The notes under the pieces were generated by a model that worked only from the letters and a program-made list of their open reading frames with translations, did no database searches and was not told the DNA's origin. Positions 27,291 to 39,835 of a stretch of 64,000 nt of DNA are shown here, one piece after another. The stretch spans positions 62,001 to 126,000 of the forward strand of contig JAAOMT010000694.1 of assembly GCA_016748015.1 (NCBI GenBank), in the 5' to 3' direction. Numbering within the stretch: position 1 is the stretch's first letter; the number at the start of each line of letters is the position of its first letter. The translations under genes and the position numbers were made by a program. The DNA comes from Geosiphon pyriformis uo1 (taxonomy: Eukaryota; Fungi; Glomeromycota).

Positions 27291-28559
27291 TACTTTTGTC
27301 ATTATTACTGAACCACTTCAATTCTTGCTCCTTGATAAAATCAGAAAGTGCAATGTATTGCTCAGAGTTTGAATCTGAGTTAGAATTATTATGGTTATTG
27401 CTGTTGTTATTTTGAATGAAACTGGAACTGTTGTTTTCATTATCATTGTTGTTGGGGTTTGAATTGGGATTGAAAATTGATTCCAATTCTGATGTACAGT
27501 TGTTGATTTGTTTGTTTTTCTTTGAAATCATGTATATCATGTGGATTGGTGAATTGTAAATGAAATCACACTTATTACAATATTAAAAGTCACAGGAAAT
27601 TAAGCAATGTTGACATAATTAAGTATTCAACTGTTCCAAATGCTGCTTTTGTTTTTCTCTAGTGAGTGCTAATCACTAATAATGTTTGTAGAATTCTTCT
27701 GGATTGTTCTCAATGTTGCCAAAAACATTGAAAGTTTGAACGTATTTAGGTTCAGGAAAAAATAAAGGATTGTTTTTGATTTCTAGTAGTTCACTAGTTG
27801 TTATGTCTTCTGCTTTCACATCTGCCATTCTCCAGAGTTCATGTTCGTTATAGAGATATCTTTCCAATCATTGCAATGCTCGTTTCCAGGTGTCATTGAT
27901 TGGTGTTCCTTTGTGTATCCAGTTGTTGATTAAGATTGTATACTGACACATTTTATTACACGTTTCTCCATGCCCAAGAATGTTATTTCATATTTTTTTA
28001 TTAGGCAAAATAGTTTCACATGCGAAACATGGTTTGTTGTTTTACTTTTCCTGTCATTTTGGTCATCCAAAGCATTTTATAATACATGAGCAGCAGTAGA
28101 ACTTGGTTGCCATTTGGTATTCCTTATCATTACTACAGTATGCACCTATTGATAACAATTTTTTGCTGCAATCAATGCATATAAGCTTTGGTCGACAATA
28201 GGTGGATTGTTGTGATGTAGTGTGGATGTAATAATTATAAGTGGTGCTGGTAGGTGTTGTTTTTTCTTCTTTTTTTTTTCTTTTTTCCTTGTCAATTTCT
28301 TTCCACTTCCAAGTTAATAAGTTGTCCAGATCATTGTCAGTTTTTCAAACTTGGTTAGCATTCCAAGTAAGTTTTTTTTTTTGTTTTCCTTTTCTATTGT
28401 TATTCCAAGAGAGTATTGGTGGTAGTTCATTGTGGTCTTCTTCAGCCCATGACACTTAATAGGCTTCCCAGGTAGGTTTCTTTTCTTTTTCTTTGAACTC
28501 AATGAGTGGTGCTGACATGTTAGTGATCTTGAAATAGTCACATGTGGCTGGTACATGTG

Positions 28560-31260
28560 TGTGTTAACCATTTTGGCTAAGTTGAAGCTCCTGTGTATTC
28601 CAATCAAGTATTGCATTGGTTTTGGATAGCTAGTCATTGCCAACAAATGCTTGATATTGAGTGGTTTTTATGACTAATACCTTGATTGACATGAAAATGC
28701 TATTGACTTCTATAGGAAAGTCATCAATTTTGCCAATCAGAGTTTTGGTCACTCCATTAGCAGTGATGATTTGTGCACTGACAGCTCGATTAACTTGGCA
28801 ATCTAATTGGTTTATGAGTTGTTTTGTGATAATACTGCCAGCTGATCTACTGTTTAAGATCAGTTTAATGAAGTGGCCATCAACTTTGGCATCAATGTAC
28901 ATGGTAGTGATAGATTTTTCTTTAAAAATAGCTTCACTAAACAATGACATGGTTGATGGTTCCTTAAGTTCAAATGGGAAAATGGCATCCAGTAATTTGT
29001 TTTTGGTAATAGTAGCTGGTAGAATGTTGCTGGTAAGTGTTAATTGTTGGTTGGTTTCCAGGTTATTGAGTTGGGTGTCTTCTGAAATAACCAGAAAACT
29101 TAAATAGTGTTGGGAATTCGGGTTTTAGGTGTGCCCAGTTCCTGAATTCCAAGAACGTAATCCTAATTGTTGTGTGGAAGAGCTGGGAATCAGTTGGTAA
29201 ACAACCATTATCAATCACCAATTTTGTGTGACTCTCGATCTAGAGTTTCCTAATATCATCTGAGCTGAGTTTGATGGCAGTGTTTGAATTGCAGATGTTT
29301 AATAAATTATTTGTGGCTGTGGTGATTGATATATTACTTGTGGTTGCAGTTGATAAACTGGAAGTTGATATATAAGTAGTTGATATATTGTCTGCTGTGT
29401 TATTGACAAGTAAGTGGATTGATATTGTTCTTGATTTGAGTAATGATTTGGAATTTGAACTCTGTGATTGGGGTTTTGGTATTGATTTCCCAATTGTGGA
29501 TTACTATAAGAATGGCAGTTAGTTTTAATGTGACTTTGTTTACCACAGTTGTGGCAGACTCGTATCTCTGACTGCCATGGCTGATTGAATGATGATGATA
29601 AACATGACTAATTTTGGAAATGATTTGTGTTTTCTGAATTATTGCATTATTGTGGTGGTTGATAAATTGTATGATTGTCAGCTAAGTATTCTTCTAATTT
29701 CTGATTAATTAAATCACTAAGTTGCTTCAATTTAGAATTCAAATTAGATGATCCATTTATCACTAGATTTACAGCTTGAGCATGGTTTACTTCAAATTCA
29801 GCTGCTTCAAAATCTCTGGCATTTGTAACTGTGGCTTGAAGGTCTGCTGGATGTATTGGGCATATGTACTGAAAGATGCTACTGTGCAGTTCTCTAATGA
29901 ATTAATTCAGGATTTGTGGCACTGTAAAATAATCAGCCTATATGGCCTGAATTTGGTGCAGATTTTTGTGAAAACATCTTAAATAAGTGATAACAGCTTC
30001 ATTTTCTCCTTGTTTAATGGTGGTGAAGGTATTTGCTAGGCAATTGATACTATTATTATTGTTGAAGTATTGTAGGAATGCAAGCTAGAATGCATTAAAA
30101 TTTTGCTGTTTATTGGTTAAGCTTTAATACCATGAGTTAGCAGTATCTTAGAGAAAATAAGAGATGGCTTGCATGGCTCTGGTGTCATTCCATCTGTTAG
30201 CTGCAATGGCTTTTTCTACATCATTCAGTCATACTTGGGCATCATCTTTTTTACCAGTGAATTTCTCGAGTTTAGCTATTGGAGCATAAGCCCTTGGTAT
30301 GATCAGTTGTTGGTATAGTGGTTGAAGTTGTTGTTACAACTATGGAAGTGGCTATGGTGGTTGTTGAAGTAATTAAAGTAGTTGTTAAAGAGATTGCTAA
30401 AGTGGCTGCTGTTGAATTGGTTCAATAATCAGTTCAGTTGATGGCTAATCAATGACAATTACTGGAAATAAGTTTTGTTGATTAATTGTTTTGGGATTTG
30501 AATTGTTTTGAGTTTGCTGAGTTTAAATGTTCAGAGTTTTAACTTCTGGATTTTCTAAGATCAGGTTTTAATAAGTAAATTCCTGACCTTCACTTTCTTT
30601 TTCTTCTGATTCTGTTACTTCCCATGAACTCACAGTTCCAAAATTTGGTTGAGGTGGTGGTGATCAAAATTCTGATGGTGTTGGTGATTGTGATTTAAAT
30701 CTTTCAAAATATTTGCCATATGGTTCTAACAGCTCTGTTCTTTTTTGTTTACTTTGAAATAAGAATCATCCAAAGGTTGATGTTGTGTTTGATAGGAACA
30801 TGTCTGCTGAGGAGATATTAATGGCACTTTTAAGTATATAATAGTATAATGGATTGGTTGGTAATTCAACTCTGGTTTTCTTCTAAGTGGATGGTTATAT
30901 CTGTTTTGGTATTACTGCTGGTGTTTGCAATCTTCCCTTGCCTTTGTCTGCATAGATAATAGGGAATTGTTGTTGGGTGTACTTTTTAATGATTTGATTG
31001 ATTTCCCTGATAATTGGTGTGAAACTGTAATTTCTTGATAAGCTGGTATGTTGAAACAAATCTGTATAAAAATTTTTTTTTGTGGATTCAATGTTAACTG
31101 TTCTTCCTAAGCAGTTTGTGATTTTATTGTTGACATAAAAATTAAAGACTGATTCTGCTAGAAAATGGTTATTGTTTAATTCTAATTGTTGGCTGTACTG
31201 TTGAAACAAGAATTTGGCAAATCTTAAATGGTTTGCTCCTATGATTTCTGATTCTGCTAC
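28560..31260 (-). pseudogene. gag and aspartic protease of B2
   Basis: AYAPIAKLEKF, CHNCGKQSHIKTNC knuckle, LILNSRSAGSII (decayed DSG). Confidence 0.9.
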
Positions 31261-31322
31261 TTTTGAATAATTGTTGTTAATACTGGTTCTCTGTAAGATT
31301 ATACTTCACAAGAAGCATCAAA

Positions 31323-32171
31323 TGTTACAGGTAATTATTTGGAGTCTTAAATTAAATAACAAAACCTGTAACTTGGTGCTCAAAAGCTTATTTACAATAA
31401 TGTGGATCTGAAGGTATTGTTATCTGAAAGTTTTGGTTGAGTTTTTTGTATAATAGACAGAGATACAATAGTTGTTTATCTATAGTTTTCCAGAATCACA
31501 ATTCTGTCAATTTCTTTCTTCAGCTTGATGGCTGGCAATCCTCTGGTAAGTAATCTATATTCTTTATGTGTTCTACCCACTTGTAAGGGTCTTTTATTAG
31601 ACAATTCTTGACATCAATAATTCAGTGCTTAATTTTTAATCAATTAGTAATCCAAAGAAATAACAAAAAAAATAAAAGAAATAAGCCAAGACAATTTGCA
31701 TGTTAGTATCCCATCAATAGTCATGATCAAGAGCTATTGTTCCAGTAGTGTTTTAAGTATCAATTACTATTAACATGAAGTGTTGATAGCAATAGTGGAT
31801 TAAGATAGTGAATAATTATTTATTTAATATTTGTAATGTGGAATGTTGTTTAGATTAAATCTAAACTGAGAGGTCTGTCTTTTTTATTTCTAACTCTACC
31901 ACTATATATACATAATTGAGATTCTTTAATTCCTCAATTCTTTACATCAGGAATTTTGGAATTTTTGGAACCCTATAATTTCTGGAACCCTGCAATTCCT
32001 TTGAAAGGAATTCTGGAATTCTGGAATCCTGTGATTCCTTGTATGAGAATTCTAAAATTCCTGAAATCTTGCAATTCCTCTAAAAGGAATCCTGAAATTT
32101 CATATTTACTACAGTTACTTCTGATTCGCTAATTTATATGTTAATATACTTTCTATATTCTATGAGTAACA
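31323..32171 (-). repeat. 5' LTR of B2 (849 bp)
   Basis: TGTTAC...GTAACA, adjacent mutated PBS; one extra short U3 repeat compared with the 3' LTR. Confidence 0.95.
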
Positions 32172-35100
32172 CCAAGAAAGCAATTACCACCAACAATTGG
32201 AATAATAACAGAACAATCCAAACATTGTTTTTTTTTCTGATGAAAATGGCAAATTCATGGTACCAAAGTCTTGAAAAGAAACCAACTGACTTTGCTGCTT
32301 TTAAATTTGCTTTTTTGTGATATTTTTGTGATCTTAATACACTCATCAGATTACAAAATCAGTTTAATATAGTAAAACAAAAAGATCATAAAACCATAAC
32401 CACTTATTTTGGACAATTTAATTAAATCCTTCAACAGATTTAAACAATTGAAAGAGACTATTACACACCTGGACAAATTTTTAACCAATTTATTAAAAGA
32501 TTAAGAAGTAACATCCTATAATCAATAAGATTTTGACATTCAACAAACTTACAAGAAGCAGTTTTTTTTGCTTACAACTTTGAATCAGCAGAACAAGAAG
32601 CCAATCACATTCAAGCTATTAATTTGGCCATCAATAGAACCTCTAATATTGATAAAAACTTACCCAATTAAGTGAGAAATTAATTCAGAAAATTGAGAAA
32701 TTCTTAGTTAATACTACAGGAATCTATTAGTCATCTTAGTAAAAAGACAACAACAACAGATACCAATCACAACAAAATTATTAATAACAACAACAACTCT
32801 GGAGATCAAATTCCTGCAACTGTTACTATTTTTAAAAATCCAGACATATTGCCCAAAATTTTCAAAAGAAAGTAACTAACCAAAACTGAAAAAATCAATA
32901 TTAATAACAACCAAGATATCCTCAAGCCATAGGACCACAACACTCAGCTCCTTAATATCAATTGCCACAGTACTCACAACAAATGCTTCAGAATTACTAT
33001 CAGCCACTATTAGCAATGACTCAGCCAGTATCTTAGTACCAAAACTCTGTATATAGTTAATTAAAACCACAAGCAATTGACTACAATTAAGGATGACAAA
33101 ACATCAGTGAAAATTAATTACAATCTATCAGTGGGCCATCCCAACTAATCAATCATAGCAATACAACACTCTGACCAATGCCAACTGGATATCTCAATCA
33201 AATCTTGTATCTTGGTCTTACCAAAACTCCAAATTTTAGTAATGTTACATCTTTAGAAGAGAAAAATGTAAGTAAACTTTCTAATTTTTCGACTCCAAAA
33301 ACCATCTTAACTACCACCACCATTCCATCTGCTACCATTATAAAAGACACCACTCTGGCTGCTATATTTTTCTTTGACCTTGATAATCTAAAAAACATCA
33401 CTGACTTTTTTAGCAGAATTGTTATTAACCAAAACAAACCAATCATGGTAATGTATACTGACACTTGAATAGAAAAAATAGACATTAAATTGATACTTAA
33501 CAGTGAATTTGCAGATAACATAATTATAAAACAATTTATAGATCAATTAGGTTACTGAGTGAATCAAGCAGCTACTGTCCAAATTATTACAAAAAATAGA
33601 AATACCAAGATTTCAATAAGAGAGATTGACAATTTTTTCTTCAAAATTAGCAGAATTCAAAAACTTACTAATGTTTTCATTATAGAAGCTATTCAATATT
33701 AAGCTTTTATAGAAAATAAATGGCTAATAAAAGTCTATGCTATTTTAAATTAGAATATACAAGAGCTTCAAATCATTTTTAAAAAACAACATGCTTAAGT
33801 ACCTGCAACATGTAAACACTTCCAAATGACAACCCTAAAACAATTATTAATCAAATTCAATGAACTGATTTTCCAATTAAACTTAAAAACATACCAGATT
33901 TCCTGGGTAGACAATTTTCAAACAGAGCTTTCATCAACCCCTACTTGGGAAGATAAAGAAAAAAAAAAAGCTAATAAAAAACATTAAGTTCTATCACCAA
34001 TTTATCAAACACCATATTAAAGAGATCAACTATATCAATCTTTAATACTAATTTGTATTGATTGTAAAAAAAAATTATCTTCAATAGACATCTGTGTTGG
34101 AGACAACAAAGTTTGGTTGACTGCCATAAAATATTATTGTTAACTGTGTGTATTAAAAAAATTCAGACAACTAAAACAGTAGAACAAATAGGACAATACT
34201 TCTTATTTAGCATATAGTGAAATTTTACCCAATAAAGTCTATAGAATAATGTTTCTAGAAGAAAAAAAATCTGTGATAAGTCTTGTTATTACACTATCCT
34301 AATCAATAACTAGATGCAAAAAAGAACTTTGTTTGCTGCAGTATATTAATAGATAATAAACTAACTGGAGAACTATTTTTATAATGAAAAAAAAATTTGG
34401 AAAATGGCTCTAACAAAATGTGAAGAAACCACCATCAAAAAAATACACACTATTAAAAATATCTTCATAATTATTGAAAAAATAGATGACCTATTCACAA
34501 ATAACTTAAAAGCATTTTAAGACCAATACTAAGAATTGGCTTCTATTTGAGAGAAACAAAAGCAAAGACTAGTTGACCTTAATACAAAGTTGTGCAATTA
34601 TTGTCTGATTTTTTGTCATTTTTAGTACTGCAATAAGTATAATTTCTTATTTAATCTATCTTAAAAAATGTTATATCCTATTGTAGAATTATCAGAATTC
34701 AAAGAAGACCATGAATTAATCACTGAAGACATGTCATTTCAAGAGCCAAATAAGACTGTTAAAATAGAACAATACCTTGTCTACTCTGATTTTTCTAAAG
34801 AATTGAAATTAAAATGATATAGTGACAACTATAAAAAAATATGCCTGGAGAAAACACATAAAACTGATCCTAATTTCGACTTAAAATATTTTGGACAATT
34901 ACCCATAGTTATAGCTCCATATTTTCTTATAACAATAGACTTAAAGATAGTTTTAGAAATTTCTATTAGTATGATGATACAAGTTACATTTCAATTTAGT
35001 CTGAACAAGAAAAAAATTGATGTAAAAAAAGAAATTATTAACACCAGATACACAAGAAACATTATTATGATGTTATAAAACAATTCAGACTAATTCTACA

Positions 35101-38100
35101 AAATTGAGTCACAAAAAAAGATTGCTCAAACTATCTTTTTGCCTTTTATAAAAATATCCCAATTAATTCCAGTTATTATACACAAAGAATTAGGTCTTAT
35201 CACCAAAAGAATTAATGGATTTAAATTGAGTAGAAGAGGAAATATATCTGTTAACTTTATCAAAAAAGACAGCAACCAGATAAAACTCATATACACAGAC
35301 ACAGTTATTTTTATTCCCTTATATTAACAATATATTCTTAAGATAGAGAGAAAGATCCAAGATCAAATCATATTATTCAAAGCCAATTCAAAAATCTGCT
35401 TTCTAGCTGGCATAGCCAATCTGTATATATCAATTAAAGCTTATAAACATTTAAAAATTCTTATTTATAATTACATTAAAGATACTATCAAAACCCTAAA
35501 AGGAACTTTCATTGGTTCTATATCTCTAAACATTCAAAATTCAAAAAAACCTCAACTCATTTCAAATTTTATGCAATTATTCTTATTTTGTAACATTATT
35601 TTGCAAATATAGAATCTGCCAAAAGAAAGTTACTTGTTCACACTAAAAAAAATCAACAAATTAAATTTGAGAAACTTAAGCACCCTATAGCAAATACAAT
35701 TCAAGATTTTTTTAAATTAGTATGCTAATATCTTTGTTAGCAAAAATGAGTTCAGATATACCAATATTATTAAACATTAAATTGACACAAAAGATATACA
35801 ACTCATTAGGCAATAAACTTATAGAGTAAATTCAACAAGTAACAATTTAATTAAACAAGAAGTATAATGAATGTTCAATAACAATCTGATTAAAGAATTG
35901 TTAAGCTCTTGGTTTTTTCCAGTTGTATTAGTCACAAAGAAAAATGAAAAAATAAGATTTTGCATGAACTATTGAAAACTAAATAGCATTATTTGGAGAT
36001 AATTATCTCACTTTTTTTATTCAAGAAATCTTGGACAATCTGGAAAGTAAGAAATAGTTTCATCATTAAAACTTGTCAGTAAATATTGGCAATTCAAAAT
36101 AGATCCAAAAGACAAAAAAAAAATGACATTTACCATGCAGAATGAAAATTTTGAGTTCAACATAATGTCTTTTGGGCTTTACAACACCTCTGCTATCTTT
36201 TAATGGCTAATGAATGTTGTGTATAAAAAACTCCTATGAAAATCAGTCATAGTATATTTGAATAATACCAATGTATTCTCTGAAATCTTTGACAACTATT
36301 TACTTTACCTCCAATAAATTTTCAAATGCCTTTGAGGCACAGGACTAAAACTCAATCCTAACAAATGCTTTTTTGAAAAGAAAGAATTAAAATTCTTAAG
36401 ACATTTAATCAGCAAAAATGAAGTCAAATCCAAGTCAGACAAAGTACAAAAAGTCAGAAATTTTCCAGTCCCAACTAATCTATGAGAACTAAAAGAATTC
36501 TTAAAACTGGCTGGATACTATTGTCAGTTTATTAAAAGATTTTCAGATATTATCAAACTTCTCCACCACTTACTGTCAAAACATGTGTCATACTTTTAGA
36601 GAAAAAAACAGCAAGAAGCATTTGATAACCTCAAACAACAATTAATTACAGTACCAGTCTTGATCTATTTTAACTTTAACAAAAAGTTTATAATTGCAAC
36701 AGATGCTTTGAAAAATGCATTAGGAGTGGTTTTGTTCTTAATTGGACTAGACAACAAAAAACATTCAATTACATATACCAGTTATAATACAAGTTCAGTG
36801 AAAAAAATATACAGTGCAATAGATTTGAAATGTCTTGCCATATATTGGGCCATACACACTTGGAAATACTATCTTAATCAATTATTTAACATATAAACCA
36901 ATCATAAAGAACTTATTTAATTACTTAACAAATCACAACCAGAAAAAAAATATATATAATGAAGTACTTATCTACAACAATTTCTATATAAAGCTTATTA
37001 CAAGAAAAGATCCAAAAATGCCAATGCTAACAGCTTGTTAAGAATAATACAAGTCTAGTCTCAAATTCATAGATACAACTACTTATCAGTGATTACATTA
37101 GTACTTATTAACACTTCAGTTAAAGAAAATATTATCTCAACAGAAACAGAGTATTGTATAAAAACAAGCCCAAAAATATTTTATTCAAAATAACCAACTA
37201 TATTATTAAAAACATTGAAACCATATTACTCCACAACAGATTATAAAAGATGATGAAAAAAAACTATTTTACATAGCATGTATTCTAATCCAACTACAGG
37301 ACATTTCAACAAAAATGCTACCATGGAAAGAACTATAAACTAATACTATTGGCCAACAATATATAAAAATATTTTTAAATATGTGCTCAATTGTGACTTC
37401 AGTTAAAAAAAAAGAGGAACAAAACTAACAGAACCACTTCAACACATTCCAATTGGAAACTCATTTAATAGAATTGGAATCAATTTGGTTGGTCCTTTCT
37501 CAATTACATCTAAAAGAAATTATTACATAGCTGTAACAATAGACTATCTTACAAAATGGCCAGAAGCCAGAGCAATCCAAGTGGCTAATGCCAAAACAAT
37601 AGCTGAATTTGTACATCAAGCCTTAATTTGCTGACATGAATGCCTAAAAAAATTATTATCAGACCAAAAAACTCACTTTGTCAATAGTATATTAACTAAA
37701 CTAAGCCAACAGTTTGGAATAAAATGACCTTTATTATTATTATACCACCTACAAACAAATGGACTGATAGAATGATTTAACCAGATGTTGTGTAAAGCAT
37801 TAGCAAAAATAAGCTACAAAAATGCACAAGAATAGAACTTATTCATATCTTCTATATTATTTGCATACTAAACATTAAAACAAGATATGGTTTAGTTTAC
37901 ACCATTTGAATTAGTTTATAGAAGAAAAGCCATCTTATTTATTGAATAAAAAATGCTGTTTTACTCAACAGAAGTAATCACCAAAGAAAATTTTGAAGCT
38001 ATCTTGTACTAAAGAACATATTAGCTCATAAAAACATTGAAAGACAATTGCAGAACAGCAGCTGACAATATTAGTAATGCTCAAAAACAACAGAAAAAAA

Positions 38101-38994
38101 GACATGATAACTACTTACCCAAACAACCAATAGAATTTAAGATTGAAGACCAAGTACTGTTGTATTATACAAAAGTTGAGAAACAGTGGAGTGGAAAGTT
38201 TGACCTGAAGTGGAATGGTCTATTTTACATACACAAAGTTTTAGGCAATAGAGCTTACAAATTACAATTGGAAAACAGAATTTTAAAAAAAGTAGTACAT
38301 GGAAATTGGTTAAAAATTTATCATATAAAACAAGAGTCATTATTATTTGTATCTCAACTAGAAACACAAATTCTATTAATTAGATCTGAAGATATACCAC
38401 AAGATTTGAAACCAATTATTATCATCAAAACATAATCAATACATAACTATTTAATTGAAAATTTAAGTATATATAACTATTAAAACAACAAAAATAAATC
38501 AATAGAACTTGTAACATAGACTTATTAGATTAAATTCTACAACTTTTAAAACAACTATTTGATGCAATTCAATATTTCATAGCTCAAATAAAAATCACAA
38601 TTAATAAAAAAAAGATACAATACAAAGATAAAAGCAAAAAAGAGGTGGATAAAAGTTCAACTAGAACTGAACAATTCCATTCCTATAAACAACTCCCCAT
38701 TTCAGTAATTGGTGCTCTGCACAATAATCAAAGAAAGGGGGAACAAAAAGAAAAAAAGAGATATGTTATGGAAAAAACCTGACACAAATAAGAAGAAAAA
38801 AAAGGTAACAGAAATGGATATGTGTTGGGAAAAGCTCAAAAAAATTAAAGAAGCTTTAAGCAGGATAACCAAAAAATTAGCAACAGAAGAATAGACACCA
38901 AAAAATGCCAGAATATAGAAAAAAACTGCCACTAGTCTATTGGTTCTATAAGATTAGTAAACAATTAAGATTAAGTTCACCATATAAAAACTGC

Positions 38995-39835
38995 TATTAC
39001 TTATAAAATATAGGAAGTATATTAGCATATAAATTAGCCAATCAAGAGTAGCCATAGTAATGTGAAATTCCAGAATTCTTCTTAGAAGAATTGCAGAATT
39101 CTAGGAATTTCAGAATTCTCATGCAAGAAATTGCAGAATTCCAGAATTCCAGGATTCCTCTCAAAAGAAATTGCAGAATTCCAGGAATTCCAAAATTCCT
39201 GGTGTAAAGAATTGAGAAATTGAAGAATCCTAATTATGTATATATAGTGATAGCATTAGAAGAAAAAAAGACAGACCTCTCAGTTTAGATTTGATATAAG
39301 CAATATTCCACATTACAAATATTAATAAATAACTATTTACTATCTTAAATTTACTCTTTACTATTAACTCTACATGTTAATAGTAATCAATACTTAACAT
39401 TTTGAAACAATAGCTCTTGATTATAGCTATTGACAGAATATTAACTTGCAATTGCCTTGGCTTATTTCTTTATTTTCTTTTATGTTCTTTTGTTAATTCT
39501 TTTGTTTTACTAATTAATTAAGAATTAAAAAGTGCTGAGTTACAGACATTATAAGGACTGGTAAAAGATCTGTGAAACAAGGGTAAAGAACTCATAGATT
39601 TAAAAATAGCTTACCAGGAAGATTACTGGTCACCATGCTAAGAAAGAAATTTGACGGAATTGCGATTCTGGGAGGTGACTGAAAAACAACTATTGAATTT
39701 CTGTGCATTATACAAAGAACTCCACAAAAATCTTCAGATTATGAAAACCATCAGAAACCAACAGCATTATATTAATTGAGCACCAAGTTACAGATTTGTT
39801 ATTTGCTTTGAGACCCCAAATAATCACCTGTAACA
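38995..39835 (+). repeat. 5' LTR of B3 (841 bp)
   Basis: TATTAC (mutated TGTTAC)...GTAACA; reverse-complement homologue of the other B LTRs; preceded by CTGC. Confidence 0.93.

Larger units (their letters stand above)
22182..32171 (-). mobile_element. Full-length family B element B2 (9990 bp), mutated
   Basis: Two LTRs, PBS, all domains; flanks CTGA and CCAA; host frame rejoins when it is removed. Confidence 0.96.
20298..38994 (+). mobile_element. Ty3/Gypsy family C element, oldest and most decayed; split by B2 and cut in ORF3 by B3
   Basis: gag frame SWIVEA/EKAITT rejoins across B2; protease ~33400-33800, Cys-rich ~34040-34650, dUTPase ~34850-35240, RT ~35750-36450 (YLNN), RNase H ~36650-37050, integrase ~37150-38435. 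Confidence 0.9.
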
